Source: Thermotogota bacterium
GTDB lineage: Bacteria; Thermotogota; Thermotogae; MWEM01
Length of the DNA stretch: 64,000 bases
Assembly (NCBI GenBank): GCA_035391225.1
Contig: DAOPKN010000005.1
Span: 42,063 to 106,062 of the forward strand
Direction: 5' to 3'
Part shown: piece by piece, positions 26,767-35,727 of the stretch
How the letters are laid out: each line of letters begins with the position of its first letter
How positions within the stretch are numbered: the first letter of the stretch is position 1
Notes under the pieces: generated by a model
Database searches by the model: none
The model's input: only the letters and a program-made list of their open reading frames with translations
Told to the model about the DNA's origin: nothing
Made by a program: the position numbers and the translations under genes

Positions 26767-27909
26767 TTGCATCATGGTTCTTTTCCAGCTACACCCAAAA
26801 CATTCGATTGGTGGATACCCACCACGATTCACTTTGGTGGGGGGTTGGGTGGGGCTTCGCGGGCACTGGCAAAAAAGAACGTTCTGGTGGTCTCCGACGC
26901 GGTTCTGAAAAAGCTGGGTGCCGTACAAAAACTGGTGGACTCCTTGCAAGGGGTCGCGGGTGTCCACTTTTTCTGTGACGTGCAACCCAACCCCACGCTG
27001 GGCAACGTGGAAGAAGCCACGCAGCTCGCGCGCGCCAACGGGGTAGATGCCGTGGTCGGTTTCGGCGGGGGGAGTGCGCTGGACGTGGCCAAAGCGGTGG
27101 CCTGCATGGTGGGAGAAGAAGGCCCATTCTCCGAGTTCTGGAACGGGGAACGCTCCTTTTCCAACAGGCGGCCATTGCTGGTGGCTATTCCCACCACGGC
27201 CGGAACGGGGAGCGAGGTGACCTCGGTGGGGGTGTATTCGGCGCCGGAACTACAGGCGAAGAAGGCAATCGGTTCGCCCCATTTCTGGCCGGATTTCGCG
27301 GTGGTAGACCCGTATTGGACGCTGTCGGTTCCCCCGGGGGGCACGGTGTCCACCGGTTTGGATGCGTTTTCCCATGCTCTGGAGGCCTTTTGGGCGTCCT
27401 CTTCACAGCCGCTGAGCCAGGCGTTTGCCCGCGAGGCCATGCGCACCCTTTTCGGAAACTTGGAGACCGCGTTCCAAGATGGTTCCAACGAGCAAGCTCG
27501 GGCTGCGTTGAGCCGGGCCTCGCTGATGGCGGGTATGGCCTTTTCCCAGACCCGCACCACGCTTCTGCATGCCATCAGCTACCCCCTCACGGCATGGTAC
27601 GGCGTGCCCCACGGCCTTGCCTGCATTGTTACCCTGCGTCCCGTGCTGGAGTGGGTGCACGAAACACGCCCGGAAGTGTGCGAGGAGGTGGCCCGGGCGG
27701 TTGGTTTCCCGACCTACGGGGAGTTCCGCGCACCCTTCTTTGAATGGCTGGACCGGTTGGGTGTTCCGAAACGGCTCCAGGAGCTGGGAATCCCCGAAAC
27801 GGACATCCCACGCCTGGCAGAGGAAAGCTTGAAACCCCCCATCGTGCAGCTGACCCCGCGCGTTCCCTCGCGGGAGCAAATGCAGCAACTGTTCCGATCG
27901 ATTTTCTAA
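26767..27909 (+). CDS. Iron-containing (group III) alcohol dehydrogenase; candidate aldehyde reductase
   Basis: TTG start 9 nt after GGGAGG. GFGGGSALDVAKAVA dinucleotide-fold motif. Metal-binding His motifs HALEAF, LLHAISYPL. Confidence 0.8.
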   Translation: MHHGSFPATPKTFDWWIPTTIHFGGGLGGASRALAKKNVLVVSDAVLKKLGAVQKLVDSLQGVAGVHFFCDVQPNPTLGNVEEATQLARANGVDAVVGFGGGSALDVAKAVACMVGEEGPFSEFWNGERSFSNRRPLLVAIPTTAGTGSEVTSVGVYSAPELQAKKAIGSPHFWPDFAVVDPYWTLSVPPGGTVSTGLDAFSHALEAFWASSSQPLSQAFAREAMRTLFGNLETAFQDGSNEQARAALSRASLMAGMAFSQTRTTLLHAISYPLTAWYGVPHGLACIVTLRPVLEWVHETRPEVCEEVARAVGFPTYGEFRAPFFEWLDRLGVPKRLQELGIPETDIPRLAEESLKPPIVQLTPRVPSREQMQQLFRSIF

Positions 27910-27940
27910 AAACATCACATACGAATTGGAGTGAGAAAAC

Positions 27941-28768
27941 ATGGATCCAAACAGGATAGCATTCCTGCAAGAAAAGGCGACGGACATCCGTTGCCTGGTG
28001 CTGGAATCCATTGGAAAGCTTGGCGTGGGACACATCGGAGGCTCTCTTTCCATCGTGGATGCCCTCACGGTGCTCTACCACGAAATCATGCGCCTGGACC
28101 CGTCCAACCCGAAATGGGAGGAGCGCGACCGCTTCGTCCTTTCGAAAGGGCACGGTGGCCCAGGGGTGTACGCGGTGCTTGCCGACAAGGGCTATTTCCC
28201 CGTGGAATGGCTGGACACGTTGAATGGCCCGGATACGTTGCTCCCTTCCCACTGCGACCGGTTGCGCACCCCCGGTATCGACATGACAGCGGGTTCTTTG
28301 GGACAAGGTTTGTCCGCTGCCGCGGGCATGGCTCTTGCCGCGAAACGTGACGGAAAAGGTGTGCGGGTGTACGCCATTATCGGGGATGGCGAAAGCCAAG
28401 AAGGGCAGGTATGGGAAGCGGCGATGTTTGCCCGGCAGTACCAGCTGGACAACTTGACGGCTTTCACCGATTACAACCACCAACAAATCGATGGAACCAT
28501 TTCCGAGGTCAACGAACTCGAACCGCTGGCCGACAAGTGGCGGAGCTTTGGTTGGAACGTGATGGAAATCGACGGCCATGACATCGAGGCGATCGAAGCG
28601 GCCATTCGCTTGGGGCAAAAGCAGAAAGGCAAGCCCAGCATGATCATCCTGCACACCATCAAGGCGAAGGGGGCCTATTTTTGCGAGGGAAAAACAGCGT
28701 CGCACAACATGCCCATCAGCGAAGAACAATGGAAGACGGCGGTACAAAAGCTGCGGGGGGAGGAATGA
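27941..28768 (+). CDS. Transketolase, N-terminal (TPP-binding PP domain) subunit
   Basis: GHIGGSLSIVDALTVLYH. IGDGESQEGQVWEAAMFA (TPP/Mg GDG motif). Confidence 0.85.
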   Translation: MDPNRIAFLQEKATDIRCLVLESIGKLGVGHIGGSLSIVDALTVLYHEIMRLDPSNPKWEERDRFVLSKGHGGPGVYAVLADKGYFPVEWLDTLNGPDTLLPSHCDRLRTPGIDMTAGSLGQGLSAAAGMALAAKRDGKGVRVYAIIGDGESQEGQVWEAAMFARQYQLDNLTAFTDYNHQQIDGTISEVNELEPLADKWRSFGWNVMEIDGHDIEAIEAAIRLGQKQKGKPSMIILHTIKAKGAYFCEGKTASHNMPISEEQWKTAVQKLRGEE

Positions 28769-28770
28769 AC

Positions 28771-29718
28771 ATGGCGAGCAATCCACAACTGCGACAGGTG
28801 TACACCCAGTGGCTGGTGGAAAAAGCCGCGCAAGATCCGAGGTTGTTCGTGGTGGAAGCGGACCTGATGGGTGCCTCCGGAACAAAACCTTTCCGGGAAG
28901 CCTACCCCGAACGTTTCGTGGACACGGGTGTGGCAGAAGCCAACATGATGGGCGTGGCCGCTGGACTGGCCAACATGGGGAAAATCCCGTTCGCGCACTC
29001 TTTCACTCCCTTTGCGACCCGTAGGGCGTTCGACCAGGTGACCATTTCCATCGCCTACGCGGACTTGAACGTCAAGATCGGTGGAACGGATCCCGGCGTG
29101 ACCGCGGAGCTCAACGGTGGCACGCACATGAGCTTCGAAGATGCAGGACTCATGCGTGGGCTGGCCAACATGATCGTGGTGGAACCTGCAGACCAAGTAC
29201 AGCTCCTCGCGTTGCTCCCCCAGGTGTTCGAACACGAGGGCCCGGTGTACATGCGGCTACACCGCAAGAACACCGAGGTGTTCGTGGACGAAGGCATGCC
29301 TTTCACACTCGGGAAGATCGCTACGTTGCGCGCGGGAACCGACGTAACGTTGGTGTGCAGCGGGTTGATGATTCCGGGAACGCTGGAGGCAGCACGCATC
29401 TTGGCAGGGAAGGGCATTTCTGCACGGGTATTGAACATGCACACGCTCAAACCCGTGGACGAAACCACCCTGGTGGAAGCGGCGCGGCAAACCGGTGCCA
29501 TGGTAACCGTGGAAAATCACAGTGTTCTCAACGGATGGGGAAGCGCAGTGTGCGAAACCCTTGCGGCCTTTTGCCCTGTGCCCGTGCTGCGTATCGGGGT
29601 GCAGGACCATTTCGGCGAGGTGGGAAGTACCGATTTCCTGCTGGAGAAATACCACATGACCCCGCCGTACATCGTGGAAGCCGCGCAACAGGCCATCGCG
29701 CTCAAGGCAAAGCGCTGA
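28771..29718 (+). CDS. Transketolase, C-terminal (Pyr + TKC domain) subunit
   Basis: ATG at 28771, 7 nt after GGGGGGAGG. GVAEANMMGVAAGLA motif. 3 nt after the N-subunit stop. Confidence 0.85.
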   Translation: MASNPQLRQVYTQWLVEKAAQDPRLFVVEADLMGASGTKPFREAYPERFVDTGVAEANMMGVAAGLANMGKIPFAHSFTPFATRRAFDQVTISIAYADLNVKIGGTDPGVTAELNGGTHMSFEDAGLMRGLANMIVVEPADQVQLLALLPQVFEHEGPVYMRLHRKNTEVFVDEGMPFTLGKIATLRAGTDVTLVCSGLMIPGTLEAARILAGKGISARVLNMHTLKPVDETTLVEAARQTGAMVTVENHSVLNGWGSAVCETLAAFCPVPVLRIGVQDHFGEVGSTDFLLEKYHMTPPYIVEAAQQAIALKAKR

Positions 29719-29725
29719 AGGGACG

Positions 29726-31822
29726 GTGAACGCCATGGGTTTCTTCCTGGTGAATGGGGATATGTTCGCTGTGCGGGACAGCGAAGACGAGGCACAGCAA
29801 TGGTTGCTGGAGCATTCCCTGGAATCGCCCGCATTCTTCGTGGGAGTGGGGGATGCCACCATCAGCATGCGCAAGGGGAATTTCACCATCGACCCCGCAT
29901 TGGAATGCCGCCTGCCCCTTCGGCACTGGCAGGTTCTCGAACAAGGTCCAGGTGTTCTGGGTATTCGATTCTTGCACGAGGGAGAGGTTGCGTTGCAGGC
30001 ACGCTTCCAGTTGGAAAAGGGTAGGGTACGCGTGGAGCTCTCCGCCCTTTCCAAGCGCTGGAATCGCTTTTGGATGCGGGTTCCTTCCTCCCCGGAAGAG
30101 AAGGTGTTTGGCTGCGGCGAGCAGTTCAGTTTCTTGAACCTGCGCGGCAAAAGGGTGCCGTTGTGGACCAGCGAACAGGGGGTGGGAAGGAACAAGAATA
30201 CCCTGGTGACCTTTTTCGCCGATGCGCTGGATGGTGCCGGGGGCGATTGGCACACCACGTACTTTCCGCAGCCCACGTTCGTGACTTCCACGCGAAAGTG
30301 GCTGCATTCTTCGGGTAGCGCGCAAGCCTACCTCGATTTCCGCAATCCGCGCTGGTTCGAACTCGAATGCTGGGAAATCCCCCCGGTAGTGTGGTTGGGT
30401 TCTTCCCCAAGTTGGGAAGCGTATTGCACGAGCATCACATCCCTCGTGGGAAAGCAACCACCGCTTGCCGAATGGAGCATGGATGGAGCTTGGCTCGGGT
30501 TGCAAGGTGGAACCGACGTCGTGCAGCGAAAGATCGAGGCCGCCCAGTCACACGGGGTGCAGGTTTGTGGGCTCTGGATCCAGGACTGGGAGGGGAAACG
30601 CATCACCGCTTTTGGCAAGCAGTTGATGTGGAACTGGGTGTTTGACCCCTCCATGTACCCCGAACTGCCAGAGCGTATCCGCGAATGGAAGGAACAGGGA
30701 ATCCGCGTGCTGGGGTACATCAACCCATTCCTCGCACTGGAAGGAAGCCTGTATCGCGAAGCATCCGAGAAAGGATACCTGGTGCAAAAACCCGGTGGGG
30801 GGGAGTACCACGTGGTGGTGACTACTTTCCCTGCCGCCATGCTGGATTTGACAAACCCGGAAGCATTGGAGTGGATCCGTAGGGTGATCCGGGAGAACAT
30901 GATTGGCATTGGTTTGTCGGGATGGATGTGCGATTACGGGGAATATTTGCCCACCGACGCGGTGCTCTTTTCGGGGGAAAGCGCGCACTCCTTCCACAAC
31001 CGCTACCCCGCTGTTTGGGCACAGACCAATTGGCAGGCCGTTTGCGAGGCGGGCAAGCAAGAACAAATCGTTTTCTTTACCCGGGCGGGGTTTACAGGTA
31101 TCCAGGCACACACCCCCCTGGTTTGGGCGGGAGACCAGACGGTCAACTGGGACAAGGACGACGGGTTGCCTTCCACCATCCCCGCGGCTCTGTCGCTTGG
31201 CCTGTGCGGAATCGGTGTGCATCACTCCGACCTGGGAGGTTTCACCACGCTGGACATCCCGGTGCAGGTGGAAGGGAAACACTACGAAGGTCTCGGGCGC
31301 GTTGCCCGCAGCAAGGAATTGTTCCTGCGCTGGTTGGAGATGAGTGCCTTCACCCCCGTGATGCGCACGCACGAAGGCAACTGGCCGCATCTGAATTGGC
31401 AATTCGACTCCGACGAACCAACGTTGCTCGCGTACGCCCGCTTTTCCCAGATCCACGCGCACCTCAAACCCTACTTCCAGGAACTGCTTCGCGTGTACCA
31501 GCAGACAGGCCTTCCCCTGATGCGCCCCATGTTCTTTTCCAGCGAGGAGGAGCAAGCCTGGGAAGTGCAAGACCAATTCCTGTTGGGAGAGGAGTTGCTC
31601 GTCGCACCCGTGGTGGAGAGGCAAGCAACGGAACGAGAAGTGTTCTTCCCCACCGGCAGCTGGGTGCACCTGTTCACGGAAGAAGAGTTCGGGCCTGGGA
31701 AGAGCAAGGTCGCGGCCCCGTTGGGAACCCCCCCGGTTTTCTTCCGGCAGGGAGGATGTTTCGCATCCCTCTTTCAAGCCCTTTCGAAACGGCAAACACA
31801 ACCAAAGGAGGAAAAAGGATGA
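29726..31822 (+). CDS. Glycoside hydrolase family 31 alpha-glycosidase (YicI/YihQ-like; candidate sulfoquinovosidase)
   Basis: 698 aa. WIQDWEG. Candidate nucleophile GWMCDYGE (Asp ~403) and acid/base WAGDQT (Asp ~470). The 67-residue spacing equals that remembered for E. coli YihQ and YicI. Confidence 0.8.
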   Translation: MNAMGFFLVNGDMFAVRDSEDEAQQWLLEHSLESPAFFVGVGDATISMRKGNFTIDPALECRLPLRHWQVLEQGPGVLGIRFLHEGEVALQARFQLEKGRVRVELSALSKRWNRFWMRVPSSPEEKVFGCGEQFSFLNLRGKRVPLWTSEQGVGRNKNTLVTFFADALDGAGGDWHTTYFPQPTFVTSTRKWLHSSGSAQAYLDFRNPRWFELECWEIPPVVWLGSSPSWEAYCTSITSLVGKQPPLAEWSMDGAWLGLQGGTDVVQRKIEAAQSHGVQVCGLWIQDWEGKRITAFGKQLMWNWVFDPSMYPELPERIREWKEQGIRVLGYINPFLALEGSLYREASEKGYLVQKPGGGEYHVVVTTFPAAMLDLTNPEALEWIRRVIRENMIGIGLSGWMCDYGEYLPTDAVLFSGESAHSFHNRYPAVWAQTNWQAVCEAGKQEQIVFFTRAGFTGIQAHTPLVWAGDQTVNWDKDDGLPSTIPAALSLGLCGIGVHHSDLGGFTTLDIPVQVEGKHYEGLGRVARSKELFLRWLEMSAFTPVMRTHEGNWPHLNWQFDSDEPTLLAYARFSQIHAHLKPYFQELLRVYQQTGLPLMRPMFFSSEEEQAWEVQDQFLLGEELLVAPVVERQATEREVFFPTGSWVHLFTEEEFGPGKSKVAAPLGTPPVFFRQGGCFASLFQALSKRQTQPKEEKG

Positions 31823-32295
31823 AAAAGATCGCCATCGGTTCGGATAAGTCCGGCTTTCCTTTGAAGGAAGCCTTGAAAGAATACCTGGTATCCCAGGGTT
31901 TCGAGGTACAAGACCTGGGCATGCAGAACATGGAGGATTTCCAGGCGTACTACCAGGTAGCGCCCAAGGTTGCGCAGAAGGTACAAAGCGGTGAGGTGCA
32001 ACGTGGGGTGCTATGCTGCGGCACGGGCATGGGTATGGCCATCGTGGCCAACAAGTTCAAGGGAGTGTACGCCGCCGTGGTGGAAGGAAGCTACTGTGCC
32101 AAGATGGCCAAGGTCATCAACCGAGCCAACGTTCTCACCATGGGGGGATGGGTGGTGGCTCCCCAGCAGGGAATCGACATGCTGCAGCGATGGCTGGAAG
32201 CCTCGCCCGGTGAAGGATTTCCACCCGACCGCCAGGATTTTTTAGAAAACGCCTTTGGAAAAGTGCAGGAAATCGAAGAACAACAATTCAAGTAA
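31819..32295 (+). CDS. RpiB/LacA/LacB-family sugar(-phosphate) isomerase; candidate sulfosugar isomerase
   Basis: ATGA overlap with the GH31 stop. MKKIAIGSDKSGF...GVLCCGTGMGMAIVANKFKGVYAAVV matches the RpiB fold signature. The 457-aa ORF-track frame is an upstream extension. Confidence 0.8.
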   Translation: MKKIAIGSDKSGFPLKEALKEYLVSQGFEVQDLGMQNMEDFQAYYQVAPKVAQKVQSGEVQRGVLCCGTGMGMAIVANKFKGVYAAVVEGSYCAKMAKVINRANVLTMGGWVVAPQQGIDMLQRWLEASPGEGFPPDRQDFLENAFGKVQEIEEQQFK

Positions 32296-32317
32296 ACCCC
32301 CTTCCGGGGGTTTTTTT
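32294..32317 (+). terminator. Strong rho-independent terminator closing the transketolase/GH31/isomerase operon
   Basis: CCCCC-TTCC-GGGGG hairpin followed by T7, immediately after the isomerase stop. Confidence 0.85.
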
Positions 32318-32352
32318 ATGGTAGAATGGGAAAAATAGCGGGAGGGCATACG

Positions 32353-34020
32353 TTGAAAAGGGCTGCGTCGTTGATGGGGCGTATCTTGCGGAATAATTTC
32401 TTCTGGATGCTGGTGATCGGGCTGGGAATCTGGATGTTCGGGAATTTCAGCTTCATGGGGTTTTACAATCAATTTATCTTCCAACCCCTCTTCGAGACCA
32501 ACACCCAGAGCGTTTTTACCTTGCAACGCACGTGGAACCAGACCATCACCGGGCAAAATTTTTCCACCCACCAATTCCTTGCGGCCACGCTCGAGCACGT
32601 TGCGCAACAGCTCAGCGGCCCCCAAAAATGGCAGGCTCAAGACATCTCGGAGTACCTTTCCCGACAAATCCCCGGCATTCCCCAACTCGAGGACATCAAC
32701 TGGTACTTGATTTCCCCGGAGGGGATTATCGTGCAAACGGATTACCCAAACGACCTCGGGTTGGATATTCCCGCGGTGGTACCCCAGTACTGGAAACTCC
32801 TGGACAAGCTGCAACCCGGCGAACTGCGCCTGGAACCCCTATTGTTTGAGACCCAAACCAACCGCCCCCGCTTCTACGGCTACATCCGGCTCGACGACGG
32901 CTCGTTTCTGGAGATCGGCCTGGCCATGGGTTCCGAACTGGTCGAACAACTGGAACGTGAGATCCAATCCCTGGTGGCAGGTCTTCCCTACCTGCAATCC
33001 ATAGACGCCTACAGCATCCTCTTTCTCCCGTACGGTGACGCTCCGGAGATTTCCTCCGAGGAGAAACAATACTTCAAGCAGACCGAGGATAACAGGGATT
33101 TCATTTCCGTGGAAAAACCTGGCGGGCAGTTCTTCGTGTACCAAAATCCCATTCTTCCCGAGGGCAACCCGGTGATCAATTCCATGCTGCGCGTGCGCAT
33201 GCACCTGGACTTCAGCAAGCTCATCCTTTACCGCAACCTTTTCCTGGCTTTCATCAACGTGTCCTTCGGCTTGATCGCTTTCGTGCTGCTTTTCACCAAT
33301 TACCGGATCATTCACCGCTTCCTCGCGGGGTTGCGCGCCATTATCCGGTCCATTGTTGCGTTCGAGAAAGACCCGGAGCGCCAGCTGCCCGAGTTTCCCA
33401 GCTGCAAGTTTTCGGAACTGGGCGAGCTGAATGCCTCTTTCCAGCAGATGGCGATGGAGATCCACACCCAAATCCACCTGCAGAACCGCGTGAACCAGAA
33501 CCTCGAGAAGAACCTCCTGAAACAGAAGAAGCTGGAGGAAGAGCTGCAAGAAATGGTCATTACCGACGAACTCACCGGCATACACAATCGGAGATTCGCG
33601 TTGGAATACCTGGAACGCCAGCTGCGAAACGGCCCACGCCCCATTACCGTTTGTTTCGTGGACATCGATGCGTTCAAGAAAATCAACGACACACACGGCC
33701 ACCACATGGGGGACCGCGTATTGAAGCGTATCGCCAGTATCTTGCAAAGCTCCATTCGCGCAGAGGACATGGTGGGACGCATCGGGGGGGACGAGTTTGC
33801 CCTTGCGTTCATCTCGATGGAGCCTGCCCAGGCGCGTATCGTGATGGAACGCATCTCCACGCTTCTGAAAAACGATCCCCTCTCGGACGAATTGGGAAGC
33901 CCGTTGGGTATCAGTTTTGGTTTGTCCACCGTCCACAGCGGTGAGCGGGTGTCACTGGAGGAACTGCTTCGGGAAGCCGACCTGAAAATGTACGGGCAGA
34001 GGAAGAACAAGGAAGGCTAA
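32353..34020 (+). CDS. Membrane sensor diguanylate cyclase (periplasmic sensor domain + TM + GGDEF)
   Basis: RIGGDEF active-site motif. TM segments flank a ~270-aa extracytoplasmic region. Preferred start is TTG at 32353, 6 nt after GGGAGGG. The ORF-track ATG 32326 lies only 9 nt after the terminator with no RBS. Confidence 0.75.
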   Translation: MKRAASLMGRILRNNFFWMLVIGLGIWMFGNFSFMGFYNQFIFQPLFETNTQSVFTLQRTWNQTITGQNFSTHQFLAATLEHVAQQLSGPQKWQAQDISEYLSRQIPGIPQLEDINWYLISPEGIIVQTDYPNDLGLDIPAVVPQYWKLLDKLQPGELRLEPLLFETQTNRPRFYGYIRLDDGSFLEIGLAMGSELVEQLEREIQSLVAGLPYLQSIDAYSILFLPYGDAPEISSEEKQYFKQTEDNRDFISVEKPGGQFFVYQNPILPEGNPVINSMLRVRMHLDFSKLILYRNLFLAFINVSFGLIAFVLLFTNYRIIHRFLAGLRAIIRSIVAFEKDPERQLPEFPSCKFSELGELNASFQQMAMEIHTQIHLQNRVNQNLEKNLLKQKKLEEELQEMVITDELTGIHNRRFALEYLERQLRNGPRPITVCFVDIDAFKKINDTHGHHMGDRVLKRIASILQSSIRAEDMVGRIGGDEFALAFISMEPAQARIVMERISTLLKNDPLSDELGSPLGISFGLSTVHSGERVSLEELLREADLKMYGQRKNKEG

Positions 34021-34079
34021 ACGGCTCTCCAGCCCCGAAACCACTCCCAGCATAGGCTGTTGTGCAGTGCCCTTCCCTC

Positions 34080-35042
34080 TCAAGCACCCTTTTTTCCGAG
34101 GTGCACCGTGAAGGTAGTCCCCACCATCCAGGTGGATTGGAATTCCACCTTGTACCCCGCGAGTTCCGAAAGGTACTTCACGATGGGAAGCCCCAGTCCA
34201 GACCCCTTGGCATGTTTCACCGCGTCCACCCCACGGAAAAAACGCTCGAAAATCCGGATGTTCTCGTTTTCCCGGATGCCAATCCCGAAGTCTTTCACCT
34301 GGATCTTGCCCGCGCGCACGCTCACCTGCACATCCGACCCGTCGTGGGAATACTTGATGGCGTTGGAAACAAGGTTTCGAAGAATGGTGTAGAGCACGAA
34401 GCGGTCGGCTTCGAACGTGTTGACCTTGCACTCCCATTTCACGCTGATGTTCTTCTTTCGGGCTTTCTCTTCCAGGTCGAGCAGTACTTCCTCGATGACT
34501 TTCTGCGGGGAGAGGATTTCGGGACGAAGCGAGTAATTCCCGAATTCCGCCAGTGTCAGCAGCGAAAGCTGGGAAATGATCTTTTCGATCTTGTGCAACG
34601 AGCGCAGCGACTTGTCCACGAGTACTTCACGGTTTTCCTGCGTGCCGAAATCGCGGATCATCTGCACGTTGCCGATGGCCACGGAAAGCGGTGTGCGCAA
34701 CTCGTGGGAGATGGACGTGACGATGTCGGTTTTGACCTTCTTCAGAAGCTCCCACTCCGAGCGGTCAAACAGGATGAGAAGGTGGTTCTCGGGGTTGTAC
34801 TCCAGCCGGCAGTAGCGTGCGCTGGTGTTGAACAAGTAGATGTTTCCCTCGTAGCTAAAGGGTTTCTGCCCAAGCACACTCCGGGTGAATTCGTCGATGG
34901 CATCGAAGGAAAACGAGGATAGAACTTCTTTTCCCTCCTGCAGCCCCAGTTCCCGCGCCCGTTGGTTGGTCTCCGTAACCAGCATGCCTTGCAAGCGTGC
35001 CAGGGCTTCCACGAGAGGGTCGAAATCCCCCAGCGAAAACAC
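34080..35042 (-). CDS. Sensor histidine kinase, soluble (no TM), PhoR-like
   Basis: HisKA H-box SHELRTPL. HATPase_c N/G boxes (LVSNAIKYS, GSGLGLPIV). No predicted TM helices. Downstream of phoU/phoB-like genes. Confidence 0.8.
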   Translation of the reverse strand: MFSLGDFDPLVEALARLQGMLVTETNQRARELGLQEGKEVLSSFSFDAIDEFTRSVLGQKPFSYEGNIYLFNTSARYCRLEYNPENHLLILFDRSEWELLKKVKTDIVTSISHELRTPLSVAIGNVQMIRDFGTQENREVLVDKSLRSLHKIEKIISQLSLLTLAEFGNYSLRPEILSPQKVIEEVLLDLEEKARKKNISVKWECKVNTFEADRFVLYTILRNLVSNAIKYSHDGSDVQVSVRAGKIQVKDFGIGIRENENIRIFERFFRGVDAVKHAKGSGLGLPIVKYLSELAGYKVEFQSTWMVGTTFTVHLGKKGA

Positions 35043-35043
35043 C

Positions 35044-35727
35044 CTACTTCTCCTCCATGATCAGGTCCGCATCCTTGTTGAACTTGTAGCCGACGTTTCG
35101 CACAGTCTTGATCCAGTGCTTGCCCACCTTGGAGCGTACCGCGCTGATGTGAACATCCACCACACGATCGGTGATGTACTCGTCGTCGAACCAGAGTTTC
35201 TCGATAATCTCGTCGCGGGTGAAAATCTTCTTGGGTTGACGCGCAAGAAGGTAAAGGATTTCAAACTCCTTGGCGGTCATTTCGATCAGCTGGTCCTTGT
35301 ACTTCACGCAGTAGTTGTTGGGGAAGATCTGGAGGTTCCCGAAGGCCATAATGTCGTCGTCCTTCTTGATCCTCTTGAGAAGGGCGCGAACCCGTGCAAC
35401 CACTTCGCGCGGGTTGAAGGGCTTGGGAACGTAGTCGTCCGCACCCGCCTCGATGCCGAAAATGCGGTCCTTGTCCGTGCGTCGCGCCGAGAGCACGATG
35501 ATGCCGAGGTCCTTGTTCTTGGAACGAATGTAGGGTAACTCGTCGAAGGCCTCTCCATCGGGCAGCATGATATCCAACAGCATCAGGTCAACGGGGTTCT
35601 TCGAAAGCTGCTGGCGCATCTGCGCCATGCTCTCCGCTTCCAGGATGTCGTACTTCTCGATCGAAAGGTACGTTTTGAGGATGTCCCGTATGTCTGCTTC
35701 ATCCTCCACGATCAGAATGGTTGCCAT
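35044..35727 (-). CDS. OmpR/PhoB-family response regulator
   Basis: Receiver ILIVEDE...LLDIMLPDG. Winged-helix C-terminus (VHISAVRSKV). Confidence 0.85.
   Translation of the reverse strand: MATILIVEDEADIRDILKTYLSIEKYDILEAESMAQMRQQLSKNPVDLMLLDIMLPDGEAFDELPYIRSKNKDLGIIVLSARRTDKDRIFGIEAGADDYVPKPFNPREVVARVRALLKRIKKDDDIMAFGNLQIFPNNYCVKYKDQLIEMTAKEFEILYLLARQPKKIFTRDEIIEKLWFDDEYITDRVVDVHISAVRSKVGKHWIKTVRNVGYKFNKDADLIMEEK

Noticed and set aside
30922-32295. 457-aa ORF extending the RpiB-like gene 300 aa upstream in an alternative frame of the GH31 gene
   Set aside because: RpiB family proteins are about 150 aa. The ATG at 31819 overlaps the GH31 stop as ATGA with AAGGAGG upstream. The extension has no features.
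26767-32317. Alternative interpretation of the transketolase/RpiB operon as D-apiose (apulose-4-phosphate transketolase) catabolism
   Set aside because: That pathway requires an apulose kinase and usually an ABC binding protein. Here there is no kinase. There is an aldehyde-type Fe-ADH plus an exporter and a GH31 glycosidase, which fits phosphate-independent sulfosugar cleavage better. Left as the stated alternative to test.
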